64,000 bases of DNA, from assembly GCA_947085855.1 (NCBI GenBank), contig CAMTYB010000002.1:87278-151277 (forward strand), given 5' to 3'. Positions 27,717 to 37,855 of the stretch are shown here, piece after piece. Both the position numbers and the translations under genes were made by a program. This stretch comes from an uncultured Candidatus Saccharibacteria bacterium (lineage in GTDB: Bacteria; Patescibacteriota; Saccharimonadia; Saccharimonadales; 2-12-FULL-41-12). Under the pieces are notes generated by a model, which ran no database searches, was not told the DNA's origin, and saw only the letters and a list, made by a program, of their open reading frames with translations. Every line of letters begins with the position of its first letter. Positions within the stretch are counted from its first letter, which is position 1.

Positions 27717-28724
27717 CTAAGCGACAACTGCCAATTGTTGTGGCTCATCTTTTGAAACATCTTGGTGTAGGAGTTCGAGTAGCTGCATTTGGGCAAAACC
27801 AGCTTCAACTGGGTTCGTTTGGGGCCAGGTGTGGTCAACCTCTCCCTCGGGGCCTTCATAAAACGCTTCGAGGTGCGTAATTTGGTCTAGCTCAATAATT
27901 TTCTTTGTTGATATCAAGGTATCATCGGGGCCCAGAATAGCAGCTGTTCGTATACCAAGCTCGCCTAACTGCTGAACTCTTTCTCGAATCGTGCAATTAC
28001 TGACGTCTATGCCTTCGAACGCGATGCGAGGGATGTCGCTCAACATATGTCGTGCTCCACGGAGCACCATGCTGAGTGGGAGATCGCCCATTTCCTTTTT
28101 TATAAATGGCTTGATATTCGCACTTAATTCACGGGTGTTGTGGTCATACATGCCGGCCGGTTCGTTCAGGATGACGCTTCGTACACTGTCGGGACGATGT
28201 AGGGCGACGTTGGTAGCAGTTTGGCCGCCTCGTGAATGACCTGATATATCAAATTCTTCATCAATATCTACTCCAAGTTCATGGGCGAGACGGACGCCAC
28301 CGCGCATGACTGCCCACAGTGCCTGGCTTGATAGTCGGCTCGGTTTGCCAAAATGTGATCGATTGAAGCGAGCCAGGAGTTGTTGCGGGCTCGCCGGTGC
28401 GTGCGTAAACGCTACCCACCCATTTCGAGCAAAAACTTCGGCTATATCACTGTAGGCACATTCTGGCGCAAAGTAGCCGAGGGTAAAGAGTGCCGGGTTG
28501 CGGTGCAGTATTTCATCAGGTACATACATGGTGAAGTTGACGTTGGCTCCAGCAATGCGATCGCTGCCTGGGTACGTAGTGAAGGGTATATTCAGGTCAT
28601 TGATGCTACCTTCAGTAGGTAGAAAAAGACCTCCATTTGATCGGAGGTCTGCAAAGGGTGTATTCGAAACTACCTCTAGTTGAGGAGATGGTATTGCTTG
28701 GTAGTGGCGGCTAGTCTGTGGCAC
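27717..28724 (-). CDS. Alpha/beta-fold hydrolase
   Basis: 335 aa with GTG start. Nucleophile elbow ISGHSRGGQ (GxSxG). No signal peptide seen. Confidence 0.65.
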   Translation of the reverse strand: MPQTSRHYQAIPSPQLEVVSNTPFADLRSNGGLFLPTEGSINDLNIPFTTYPGSDRIAGANVNFTMYVPDEILHRNPALFTLGYFAPECAYSDIAEVFARNGWVAFTHAPASPQQLLARFNRSHFGKPSRLSSQALWAVMRGGVRLAHELGVDIDEEFDISGHSRGGQTATNVALHRPDSVRSVILNEPAGMYDHNTRELSANIKPFIKKEMGDLPLSMVLRGARHMLSDIPRIAFEGIDVSNCTIRERVQQLGELGIRTAAILGPDDTLISTKKIIELDQITHLEAFYEGPEGEVDHTWPQTNPVEAGFAQMQLLELLHQDVSKDEPQQLAVVA

Positions 28725-28890
28725 GTGTGACTTTCTGATGTCTTAGTCCTGGTGAGCCGACTAAAACGCACATATAACTATTTAAGCTGAATATAGTCCG
28801 CTTAAGCATAAAAGTAAAGTACTTTTTTTGGACACTCTAACTGCCCAGAAACTGGTGGAGACCATGATTTTTCGCTATACTAGCCTCTAT

Positions 28891-29181
28891 ATGGCGAAAC
28901 TTACCAAAGAAGACATTCTTAAGCTTGCCCAGTTATGTAAGCTTACTCTGACTGAAGATCAAGTTGAAAAGTTTAGAATTGAGCTCGAAGAAATTGTTGA
29001 CTACGTTGAGCAGTTACAAGCGGTTGACGTCTCCGGTCTTGAACCAACCAATCAAGTAACTGGTCTGACTAACGTAACTCGACCGGACGAAGTCAAGCCC
29101 CAAGCCTCGCATGCCGAGTTGCTTAAGAATGTGCCACAGCGCGAAGGCGACTACATTAAAGTAAACCGTATGATCGGATAG
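28891..29181 (+). CDS. gatC: Asp/Glu-tRNA amidotransferase subunit C
   Basis: 96 aa from ATG 28891 (MAKLTKEDILKLAQLCKLTL...). TATACT -10 box lies 9 nt upstream. Followed by gatA. Confidence 0.9.
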   Translation: MAKLTKEDILKLAQLCKLTLTEDQVEKFRIELEEIVDYVEQLQAVDVSGLEPTNQVTGLTNVTRPDEVKPQASHAELLKNVPQREGDYIKVNRMIG

Positions 29182-29185
29182 TGTC

Positions 29186-30610
29186 ATGAGTAATTGGAAG
29201 CCACTTGCCGAACTAGTTCAAGACGTGAAAAGCGGTGCTGTAACACCGACAGACCTGGTGGAGCAGTCTCTAGCAGCGATCAAAGCCAAGGATGAGTTCA
29301 AGGCCATTATCGCGACGACTGAGGAGCGGGCGCTACAACGGGCTAAAGAAATCGAGGAACGGATTGCTAAAGGCGAAGACGTTGGTCGCTTGGCTGGTAT
29401 ACCATTTATCGCCAAAGACAATTTCTTGGTCTTTGGCGCCGACACGACTGCCGCCAGCAATATCCTGAAAGGTTTCGAGGCTCCCTATCAGTCAACCGCG
29501 ATTGATCGACTTGAGGCCGAGGGCGCCATTTGTGTGGCCAAGGCCAACCTTGATGCCTTTGCGCATGGCAGCAGTACCGAAAACAGTGACTTTATGACCA
29601 CTCGCAACCCGCACGATGTGGAACGAGTACCGGGCGGCAGTTCTGGTGGTTCGGCAGCCGCCGTGGCGCTACATCTAGCGCCTTTTGCGCTCGGAACAGA
29701 TACCGGCGGTTCAATACGCCAACCGGCGAGCTTGTCAGGTGTAGTTGGCTATAAACCAACGTATGGCCTGGTATCACGTAGTGGTGTCATTGCCATGGCC
29801 AGCAGCACGGATGTGATTGGTCCGCTTGCTCGCTCGGTCGCTGATGCAGCATTAGTACTAGAGTGTATGGCTGGCAAAGACGTTTTAGACGGAACGACTA
29901 TTGATCGCTCCGACACGGCCTATACCGACCTGACGGACAAACCTATGAAGGATCTAAAAGTTGGTGTTATTAAAGAGCATATGGCCGATGACGTTGATCC
30001 GGATGTCAAAAAACAGATTGAAGCAGCGATCGATACCTATAAAGCCCATGGTGCCACCGTTGAAGAAGTTAGTTTACCGTCACTGACGTTGGCTCTGGCT
30101 TGTTATTATGTGATTTGTCCAGCCGAAGTTAGTAGTAACTTGAGTCGCTATGATGGCCAGCGCTACGGTTTCTCCAACCCATCAAAAGATCTCGATAGCA
30201 GTTATAACACGAGCCGCTCTACCGGCTTTGGTGATGAAGCTAAGCGACGCATAATGATCGGTACCTACGTACTGAGCAGTGGTTACTACGACGCCTACTA
30301 CCAAAAGGCACAGTTAGTTAGAACTAAGATCATCAAAGAATTTCAACAAGCTTTCCAATCATTTGATATCCTGCTTGGGCCAACCTCACCGACAACCGCC
30401 TTTAAACTCGGCGAGAATACAAGCGATCCGCTCGCGATGTATCTGACAGATATTATGACAGTTGGTGTAAACTTGGTGGGTATTCCGGCCATTAGTATTC
30501 CGGTCGGCATGAGTAATGGTTTACCGGTTGGCTTGCAGATGATGGCCGATCAGCATAAAGACAGAGAGCTGCTAGCAGCAGCACACGCACTCGAAGGAGT
30601 TATGGCATGA
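29186..30610 (+). CDS. gatA: Asp/Glu-tRNA amidotransferase subunit A
   Basis: Amidase signature GGSSGGSAAAVA...GTDTGGSIRQPA. Confidence 0.95.
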   Translation: MSNWKPLAELVQDVKSGAVTPTDLVEQSLAAIKAKDEFKAIIATTEERALQRAKEIEERIAKGEDVGRLAGIPFIAKDNFLVFGADTTAASNILKGFEAPYQSTAIDRLEAEGAICVAKANLDAFAHGSSTENSDFMTTRNPHDVERVPGGSSGGSAAAVALHLAPFALGTDTGGSIRQPASLSGVVGYKPTYGLVSRSGVIAMASSTDVIGPLARSVADAALVLECMAGKDVLDGTTIDRSDTAYTDLTDKPMKDLKVGVIKEHMADDVDPDVKKQIEAAIDTYKAHGATVEEVSLPSLTLALACYYVICPAEVSSNLSRYDGQRYGFSNPSKDLDSSYNTSRSTGFGDEAKRRIMIGTYVLSSGYYDAYYQKAQLVRTKIIKEFQQAFQSFDILLGPTSPTTAFKLGENTSDPLAMYLTDIMTVGVNLVGIPAISIPVGMSNGLPVGLQMMADQHKDRELLAAAHALEGVMA

Positions 30611-31029
30611 ATTTTGGTATGAGCTTTGAAGCCTATGTAGCAATTGGTTTTGGGTCATTTGTCGGTCTCATTTTGTTGGTGTTGATAGTTTGGAAATTCC
30701 CCAAGCGCATCAAGCAGGATAAGTATTTGAAGCAGTGGCGACAGCTACAGACTCGTTGTGCCAACCGTGATCAATGGGGTCAGGCAATTGTAGACGCCGA
30801 TAATCTTCTCGATGAAGCTTTGCGCAAAAAACGCTACAAAGGGAAATCTATCGGCGAGCGATTAGTTGAAGCTCAAAAGGACTTCAGCGACAATGATGCA
30901 GTCTGGTTTGGCCATAAGCTTCGTAACAAAATTGATGCTAATCCAGAACTTTCGTTGCGTAAGTATGATGTCCAGAAGGCACTTGTTGGATTCCGTCAGG
31001 CCCTTAAAGATTTAGGAGCTCTCAAGTAA
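30607..31029 (+). CDS. Small single-pass membrane protein embedded in the gat operon
   Basis: 140 aa. One N-terminal TM helix (VAIGFGSFVGLILLVLIVW) followed by a basic helical domain. The start overlaps the gatA stop (ATGA) and the stop overlaps the gatB start (TAATG). Confidence 0.65.
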   Translation: MNFGMSFEAYVAIGFGSFVGLILLVLIVWKFPKRIKQDKYLKQWRQLQTRCANRDQWGQAIVDADNLLDEALRKKRYKGKSIGERLVEAQKDFSDNDAVWFGHKLRNKIDANPELSLRKYDVQKALVGFRQALKDLGALK

Positions 31030-32471
31030 TGGGTTCATATACACCGACGATTGGCATTGAGTGCCACGTTCAGCTAAAGACACAAACCAAGTTGTTTGCA
31101 GCAGTAACCAATGATGCTCGTGAGGCGCCGCCAAATACTTTGGTTAGTCATATTTGCTTAGGCATGCCAGGTGCGCTGCCAGTTTTAAATAAAGCCGCCA
31201 TCGATTTAGCTATGCAAGCAGCGTTTGCGCTTAACACTAAGCCGAGCACCTTTAGCACCTTTGACCGTAAACATTATTTTTATCCTGACCTACCAAAGGG
31301 TTATCAGATTTCGCAGTTTAAGCACCCGATTATCGAAGGTGGTTTCATTGACATAGTAGTTGACGGGAAAGAAAAGCGCATTGGCATCACACGGGCTCAC
31401 CTAGAAGAAGATGCCGGCAAAAGTACGCACCCCAATGGTAAAGACTACAGCTTGGTTGATCTGAACCGAGCTGGCACGCCGCTGCTAGAGATTGTCAGCG
31501 AACCGGATATCCATTCGCCGGCTGAAGCCAAAGCCTACGCTCACGAACTGTATCTACGGATGCGCTACGCCGACGTCAGCGATGCCGACTTATACTACGG
31601 CAACATGCGCTTTGATGTTAACGTCAGTGTTAGCAAAGATCCAAAAGTATTTGGTACTCGGACCGAAACCAAAAACATCAACAGCTTCCGTGCGGTTGAA
31701 AAAGTTGTCGAATACGAAATTGCTCGACAAACTGAAGTACTCGAAAAGGGCGGCACTATTACTCAAGAAACTCGCGGTTGGGACGATGCCAAACAGAAGA
31801 CCTTTACCCAGCGAACCAAAGAAGATGCCCATGACTACCGTTATTTCCCGGATCCTGACATTCCGCCGGTTGTACTTGAGCAGTCTGCTATCGATACGGC
31901 TCAGGCGGCTATGCCTCCTATGCCAGATGATGTCCGGCAACATTTGCACGATCTCAAGCTTGATGACTCAGCGATCGAAACAATTGTCGAGGCGCTACCG
32001 GCGGCTCGTCTCGTACTGCAGGCTGGCGAAAAGGGCGTAGGTAAGGATGATGTCCGTCGGATCGCGTTATGGTTGGCCGGTGAGGTACAGGCTGCGGTTG
32101 CTAATGACGAAAAGCTATCATGGGACAATGTCATACTCGAGCTTGATTCTCTTATGACACTCAGTAAACTAACAGCTGATTCTCAGGTTAGTTCAACTGG
32201 CGCTAAAGCTGTTCTGGCGCATCTTATTAAGGATGGCGGTGATGCCGAAAAGATTGCAAAAGAGCTGGATGTTTTACAGGTCTCTGATGAGGGCGCCCTC
32301 AAGGCCATTGTCGACGAGGTTATTGCTGCCAATCCAAAAGCAGCCGACGATGTTCGGAATGGCGAAATGAAGGCCATCGGTTTCCTCGTCGGGCAAGTTA
32401 TGAAGGCGTCAAAAGGCAAAGCCAACCCTGGTATGGTGCAGGGTCTCCTGAAGTCCAAGCTTAGCGCGTAG
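31029..32471 (+). CDS. gatB: Asp/Glu-tRNA amidotransferase subunit B
   Basis: IGIECHVQL, DRKHYFYPDLPKGYQISQ, the NRAGTPLLEIVSEPD motif and a C-terminal GatB/YqeY domain. Confidence 0.95.
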   Translation: MGSYTPTIGIECHVQLKTQTKLFAAVTNDAREAPPNTLVSHICLGMPGALPVLNKAAIDLAMQAAFALNTKPSTFSTFDRKHYFYPDLPKGYQISQFKHPIIEGGFIDIVVDGKEKRIGITRAHLEEDAGKSTHPNGKDYSLVDLNRAGTPLLEIVSEPDIHSPAEAKAYAHELYLRMRYADVSDADLYYGNMRFDVNVSVSKDPKVFGTRTETKNINSFRAVEKVVEYEIARQTEVLEKGGTITQETRGWDDAKQKTFTQRTKEDAHDYRYFPDPDIPPVVLEQSAIDTAQAAMPPMPDDVRQHLHDLKLDDSAIETIVEALPAARLVLQAGEKGVGKDDVRRIALWLAGEVQAAVANDEKLSWDNVILELDSLMTLSKLTADSQVSSTGAKAVLAHLIKDGGDAEKIAKELDVLQVSDEGALKAIVDEVIAANPKAADDVRNGEMKAIGFLVGQVMKASKGKANPGMVQGLLKSKLSA

Positions 32472-32525
32472 CCAGCATACGCTCAGGCATTTACGAAGTC
32501 AGCGAAGATAGGATACAATACCATC

Positions 32526-32792
32526 ATGGATACAGATTCAACATGGTTTGCAGTACTTGTCATCATCCTATCGATCTTTTTGGCTATATTCCTAGTCTTG
32601 TCGATTGTCTTGACTGCTAAACTCATTCAAATTGTCAATCATGTTAAACACATTGTGGCGCAAGCTGAACAAGTGGCTGACAGGGCTGAACATATCAGTG
32701 CCTTCTTTGAGAAAACAGCTACCCCTGTAGCTATCCTGAAACTTATATCTAATGTAACAGATACATTACAAAAGAAGGTGAAGAAGAAATGA
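32526..32792 (+). CDS. DUF948-like small membrane protein
   Basis: 88 aa with an N-terminal TM helix and a helical tail. Paired with a YtxH-type gene, as commonly seen in Gram-positive genomes. Confidence 0.5.
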   Translation: MDTDSTWFAVLVIILSIFLAIFLVLSIVLTAKLIQIVNHVKHIVAQAEQVADRAEHISAFFEKTATPVAILKLISNVTDTLQKKVKKK

Positions 32793-33193
32793 AAAAGAGC
32801 GCTGCAAAAATATTTGCCCTCGGCACCCTATTGGCTGCTGGTGCTGGCTATTTAGCTGGTATCTTGACTGCTCCAAAGAGTGGCAAAGAAACCCGTAAAG
32901 ATATTGCCAAAAACGCGAGCAAAGCTCGAGTTGATAGCGAACGCCAACTCAAAAAACTCCATAGTGAATTATCTGGCTTAATTAAAACAGCTGACGAGAG
33001 AACCAAACAGACACGCGCTAAGGCAAGCACCGAGTTAAAAGAAGCTACGGCCAAGGGCAAAGTAGCCAAAGAGAAGTCACGCGAAATTCTAAGCGCGCTG
33101 CACAACGGCGATGCAGATGATCCTAATCTTCAAGCCGCCCTTGAAGAGATCAAACTAGCCAAGACAAATCTTTCTAAATACTTAAAGAAATAA
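32789..33193 (+). CDS. YtxH-domain protein
   Basis: 134 aa. Hydrophobic N-terminus followed by the YtxH hallmark LTAPKSGKETRKDI and a Lys/Ala-rich helical region. Confidence 0.75.
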   Translation: MKKSAAKIFALGTLLAAGAGYLAGILTAPKSGKETRKDIAKNASKARVDSERQLKKLHSELSGLIKTADERTKQTRAKASTELKEATAKGKVAKEKSREILSALHNGDADDPNLQAALEEIKLAKTNLSKYLKK

Positions 33194-33298
33194 CAGAATC
33201 TACAACGTTTGTAGCTTGCAACGTGGCGTATAATATATGTAAAGCGTTTGTGTCTAAGTAATCGATCTACGTCGAAATAGAGAGGGTAAAACAACGTT

Positions 33299-36200
33299 GT
33301 GAGCAAAAATGCTGCCACACTTTCTGGCAAAGACTTTGTGCACCTGCACAATCATACCCAGTATAGCTTGCTCGACGGTCTCACCAAGATTCCAGCCTTG
33401 ATAGATTTCGTGAAATCAACAGGCATGGAGGCTGTTGCAGTTACCGACCATGGCACGCTGTCTGGTGCGGTTGAGTTCTATACAGCAGCAACCAGTAACG
33501 GTGTTAAGCCCATCATTGGCATGGAAGCCTATGTCGCCAGCCGAAAGCATACCGATAAAGATCCGAGCAAGGACAAACAGTACTATCACTTGATCATCTT
33601 GGCTATGAACAACACAGGTTATAAAAACCTGATGAAGCTATCTACCATCGCCAATCTTGACGGTTTTTACTATAAGCCGCGTATAGATCGTGAACTCCTG
33701 GAGAAATATAATGAAGGTTTGATTGTCTTGTCCGGCTGCATTAGCGGTGAATTTGGTGATTCCCTACGCCAAGGCCAGACCGAACAAGCTACCAAGACAG
33801 CCGAATGGTATAAGTCGGTCTTTGGCGATCGTTACTATATTGAAATTCAAGATCACGGTCACCCCAATCACCCAAGTTCGTGGCACGAACAAGTTGCTGT
33901 CAATAAAGAAGCTATTCAAATTGCTAAAAAGCTTGATATCCCAACTGTTGTCACCGGGGATGCTCACTACTTGAAGCACGAGGACCAAGAAGCGCATGAA
34001 ATTTTATTGTGCGTACAAACGGGCTCATTCTTATCCGATGAAAAGCGCATGAGTCTGAAGGATTTTGAACTTCACGTAGCTGAGCCTCAAGAAATCATTG
34101 ATCGCTGGGGCGATGAGCTACCGGAAGGCATCAGTAATACTCGAGCGATCGCTGATCGTTGCGAAGTTGAGCTGTCGCTTGGTAACATCCTGATTCCAAA
34201 GTTCCCGGTGCCAAAAGGTGAAACTGAGCGCAGTTACCTCGAGAAATTGACATATCGTGGTTTGGCGTGGCGCTATGGCGGCGCGGAAGAGGCGAATGAA
34301 TTAAGTGTTGCTGAGGCTAAAAAAACACTACCTGACGATGTTGCCGCTCGCGCCAAATACGAACTTGGTGTTATTGAAAGCATGGGCTTTAATGGCTACT
34401 TTTTGATCGTAGCTGACTTTATTAACTGGGGTAAAGACCAAGGGATTGTATTTGGTCCAGGTCGAGGAAGTGCAGCCGGTTCAATTATTGCCTACGCTAT
34501 GAAAATTACCGAGCTTGACCCGCTGATGTACGATTTGTTGTTTGAGCGTTTCTTGAATCCAGATCGCATTAGCATGCCCGACGTCGATATTGATATCCAG
34601 GATACACGACGAGATGAAGTTATTCAGTACTGTGTTGAGAAGTACGGCTCTGAACGGGTAGCCAATATTGTAACCTTTGGTCGCATGGCTGCCCGCAACG
34701 CGGTTCGTGACGTGGCTCGAGTGCTTCAAGTACCCTATGCCGAGTCCGACAGACTTGCCAAAATGATTCCGCCGCCAGTCCAAGGTCGGCATATACCGCT
34801 TGAGGTCTCAATTAAGAAAGACCCTGACCTCAAACGTGAATACGAGACTAACGAAAATGCTAAACGAGTCTTTGATCTCGCAATTCGCTTAGAAGGCACT
34901 ATTCGGAGCCATGGCGTCCATGCTGCTGGTGTTGTGATTGCTCCTGATGACATCGTGAACTTTACCCCGCTTGAAATGGCGCAAAAGGGTGTTGTATCGA
35001 CGCAGTATTCAATGGGTCCAATCGAAGATCTTGGCTTGCTCAAGATGGACTTTTTGGGTCTGTCTAACTTAACAATCGTCAAGAATACTCTGCGTATCGT
35101 GAAACGAGTTTATGATGTTGATGTTGATATTAACTCCTTGCCGCTTGATGATGAGAAAACGTACGAGCTGCTGCAGCGGGGTGACACCACGGGTGTTTTC
35201 CAATTTGAATCATCTGGCATGAAACGGTATCTCCGCGAACTGAAGCCAACCGAATTTGGTGACATTGTCGCCATGGGTGCGCTATATCGGCCGGGACCTT
35301 TAAGCGCGGGACTAACTGATAGTTTTATTCAGCGAAAAAATGGTTTGGAAGCAGTCACATATGACCACCCACTGATGGAGGCATCTTTAAAGGACACCTA
35401 TGGAGTGCTGGTTTACCAAGAGCAGTTCATGCAGATATCTCGAGACGTCTGTGGTTTCACCGGCGGTGAAGCCGATACCTTGCGCAAGGCTATAGGTAAG
35501 AAGAAGCGCGACATGATGATGAAAATGGAAAAGCGTTTCATCGAAGGTGCTGTTGAGAATGGCATCGACCGCAAACTTATTGAAAATTTCTGGAAGAAGC
35601 TGATGGGCTTTGCCGATTACTGCTTTAACAAGTCACACTCGGCCTGCTACGGGCTCATCTCGTACTGGACGGCATATCTAAAGGCTCATTACCCGGCGGC
35701 CTTTATGGCGGCTCTCATGACCAGTGACTATGACGATACAGATAGGCTAGCTATCGAAATAGCCGAGTGTAAACACATGGGTATAGAAGTGTTACCGCCA
35801 GATATTCAAGAGTCGTTTATAGAGTTTGCAGTTATACATACAGACCAAAAAGATCAGATACGTTTCGGCATGAATGCTATTAAGAATGTTGGCACGGGCG
35901 CTGTGGAAGAGATTTTGCGAGCGCGTGAGGTCGACAATGGCTTTGCCGATCTCGAAGACTTTTTGAAAAAGACAAACCCACGAATTGTTAACAGAAAAGC
36001 TATGGAAAGCCTCATAAAAGCCGGGGCCTTTGATAGCTTCGAAGACCGCGGCAAGCTGCTCAATAATGTCGACACCTTACTGGCATATTCCAACCGCATC
36101 CAGAAGGATATGGCGAGCGGTCAAACCGATCTATTTGGCGGTGTCATTGAAGAAACTGGCCTGGCGCCACGATTGGCACTCGATAATGCTGGCGAGACGT

Positions 36201-36940
36201 ATGCACCGCGTCAGTACTTGTTGTGGGAGCGTGAATTGCTTGGTATCTATCTGAGCAATCATCCCCTGAACGACTACGAAACCTACTTGTCCGAGCAGTG
36301 TGTGCCGATTATAGATATAACGCAAGCGATGGACGGTAAGTCTGTCAAAGTCGGTGGCTCAGTTGCTGAGTCGCGTGAAATTATGACCAAAAATGGCCAA
36401 AAGATGGCTTTCATAAAGATAGCTGACCTTAAAGGTGAAGTCGAGCTCATCCTTTTCCCGAACGCCTATCAGCAGACGGTTGGTATTTGGGAGCGGGATA
36501 CTGTCGTCGTGGTCTCTGGTAAAATTTCAACCAAAGATCGTGACGGTAACAGTGGCGGCGAAATCAAGATTATGGTAGATGATGCTCGCGAGGTTACACC
36601 TGAGCAAGCTGCTGCCTATCAGGTATCCGGTAAAAAGCCAAAAATACCCAAGGCTGGCAAAGCCAAAATTACCTTGGCCAAATCGGCTGCGAGTGAAGCT
36701 ATTACCAAAGAAATCGAGAAACGGATCTATATTCGACTCGAGAGCACCTCAGAAGATGACAAGCTCATGACCCTTAAGACGTTACTTGATAAGCGAACTG
36801 GCCTGACACCTGTGGTTTTGGTGGTTGGCAATAACAAAGAAAAGAAAATCATCAAATTGCCGCAATATGTTGATCCGAGCCAAGACTTGCTAGCAGATTT
36901 AGCCGAAGTGTTTGGCAAGCCAGCGGTTAAGTATCAGTAG
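33299..36940 (+). CDS. dnaE: DNA polymerase III alpha subunit
   Basis: 1213 aa. PHP domain HLHNHTQYSLLDG, polymerase core (GPGRGSAAGS, PDVDIDI), HhH and OB-fold regions. GTG start. Confidence 0.96.
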   Translation: MSKNAATLSGKDFVHLHNHTQYSLLDGLTKIPALIDFVKSTGMEAVAVTDHGTLSGAVEFYTAATSNGVKPIIGMEAYVASRKHTDKDPSKDKQYYHLIILAMNNTGYKNLMKLSTIANLDGFYYKPRIDRELLEKYNEGLIVLSGCISGEFGDSLRQGQTEQATKTAEWYKSVFGDRYYIEIQDHGHPNHPSSWHEQVAVNKEAIQIAKKLDIPTVVTGDAHYLKHEDQEAHEILLCVQTGSFLSDEKRMSLKDFELHVAEPQEIIDRWGDELPEGISNTRAIADRCEVELSLGNILIPKFPVPKGETERSYLEKLTYRGLAWRYGGAEEANELSVAEAKKTLPDDVAARAKYELGVIESMGFNGYFLIVADFINWGKDQGIVFGPGRGSAAGSIIAYAMKITELDPLMYDLLFERFLNPDRISMPDVDIDIQDTRRDEVIQYCVEKYGSERVANIVTFGRMAARNAVRDVARVLQVPYAESDRLAKMIPPPVQGRHIPLEVSIKKDPDLKREYETNENAKRVFDLAIRLEGTIRSHGVHAAGVVIAPDDIVNFTPLEMAQKGVVSTQYSMGPIEDLGLLKMDFLGLSNLTIVKNTLRIVKRVYDVDVDINSLPLDDEKTYELLQRGDTTGVFQFESSGMKRYLRELKPTEFGDIVAMGALYRPGPLSAGLTDSFIQRKNGLEAVTYDHPLMEASLKDTYGVLVYQEQFMQISRDVCGFTGGEADTLRKAIGKKKRDMMMKMEKRFIEGAVENGIDRKLIENFWKKLMGFADYCFNKSHSACYGLISYWTAYLKAHYPAAFMAALMTSDYDDTDRLAIEIAECKHMGIEVLPPDIQESFIEFAVIHTDQKDQIRFGMNAIKNVGTGAVEEILRAREVDNGFADLEDFLKKTNPRIVNRKAMESLIKAGAFDSFEDRGKLLNNVDTLLAYSNRIQKDMASGQTDLFGGVIEETGLAPRLALDNAGETYAPRQYLLWERELLGIYLSNHPLNDYETYLSEQCVPIIDITQAMDGKSVKVGGSVAESREIMTKNGQKMAFIKIADLKGEVELILFPNAYQQTVGIWERDTVVVVSGKISTKDRDGNSGGEIKIMVDDAREVTPEQAAAYQVSGKKPKIPKAGKAKITLAKSAASEAITKEIEKRIYIRLESTSEDDKLMTLKTLLDKRTGLTPVVLVVGNNKEKKIIKLPQYVDPSQDLLADLAEVFGKPAVKYQ

Positions 36941-37806
36941 ATTGAGCCAACGGTCTGGGTCGCGAGTGCAGCCAGAGCCAAGAGTGCAACTATTGTTATG
37001 TCTAGTAGCGGATGCGTAATTACAAAGCGTTCGCCTCGCTTAATAGCCCTTTTGACGCCACGGGCGTGTTTGATCAGTAGGTAGGCGACCAAGAAGCCGC
37101 TCAGCAAACCGATCGCAAAAGTGCTCCACGGGGCTTTACCGGAACTGAACGATTGAGCTGCTGTAAGATTTTTTGAACTATTAGCCTGTACGGCTGCAGT
37201 TTGGGCAGATTGCACGCCGTCTGATGGACGGGCGTAGAGAGCGACTACAACAGTTTCTGGTCCCTTGCCGAGGTAATCCGGCACATTGACGACACCAAAG
37301 CCAACCTCACTCAGTTCGTTATCAAGTAGCGTTGCCCGGTGTTCTGGGCTATTGAGCCAGCCATTGATGACTGTATCGCTTGAAGCAAAACCGAAGGCCA
37401 GGTTTTCAGCTGCCTTGCTATAGGTGTAATTGGCGGTTTGAATGAAAATCCATGGTTCGGTGCCGTCTGGAGCTACGTGTGACCAGTAGTTCTTGGACTT
37501 CATGTCTTCAGCCTTCGCCTGAGCGGCACGGTCGAGAGCAGAGTTATATGCCAGTGGAGTGACGCCAGCGGTTTTGCGGGCGTTATTAGTTGACTCTAGC
37601 AAGCCGCTTTCATGAGTATTCGCAGAATATCCCTTAACAACACCGTTTGACGAGGTAGACTGGATGTGCGCAAAGAGACCGAGACCAGTTACCAGTATGG
37701 TCAGTAGCGGAATGTATGGTGCGTACACCTTGAGGAATTTCTTAGAACGACGCTCTTTTGGGTGAGCGACATGGTGTGTTCGTTTATTGGAAGTTTTGAC
37801 TGGCAT
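36934..37806 (-). CDS. Membrane-anchored CAP/SCP (PR-1-like) domain protein
   Basis: 290 aa. Basic N-terminus and TM helix, a CAP domain (AEDMKSKNYWSH, GWLNSPEHRATLL), then two C-terminal TM helices. The stop overlaps the dnaE 3' end by 7 nt in convergent orientation. Confidence 0.75.
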   Translation of the reverse strand: MPVKTSNKRTHHVAHPKERRSKKFLKVYAPYIPLLTILVTGLGLFAHIQSTSSNGVVKGYSANTHESGLLESTNNARKTAGVTPLAYNSALDRAAQAKAEDMKSKNYWSHVAPDGTEPWIFIQTANYTYSKAAENLAFGFASSDTVINGWLNSPEHRATLLDNELSEVGFGVVNVPDYLGKGPETVVVALYARPSDGVQSAQTAAVQANSSKNLTAAQSFSSGKAPWSTFAIGLLSGFLVAYLLIKHARGVKRAIKRGERFVITHPLLDITIVALLALAALATQTVGSIY

Positions 37807-37855
37807 TTTTGATTTTATTAATTCCTTATTAACTATATCATGACGGAGTTAAAGT

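Noticed and set aside
28743-28829. Three consecutive hairpins (TTAGTC/GACTAA, TTAAGC/GCTTAA, AAAGTA/TACTTT plus a T-run) in the hydrolase/gatC divergent region, considered as a possible sRNA.
   Set aside because: The stems are only 6 bp and the terminator-like stem is almost pure A-U. I found no convincing promoter. This is indistinguishable from AT-rich intergenic sequence without expression data.
36934-36940. Convergent genes with overlapping 3' ends and no terminator: dnaE/CAP here, 1662-1665 (shared CTAG), 49204-49207 (yraN/pepN) and 9166/9167.
   Set aside because: This is real but expected in a highly compacted genome and is not a discrete functional element. It is useful only as context for why the few true terminators stand out.
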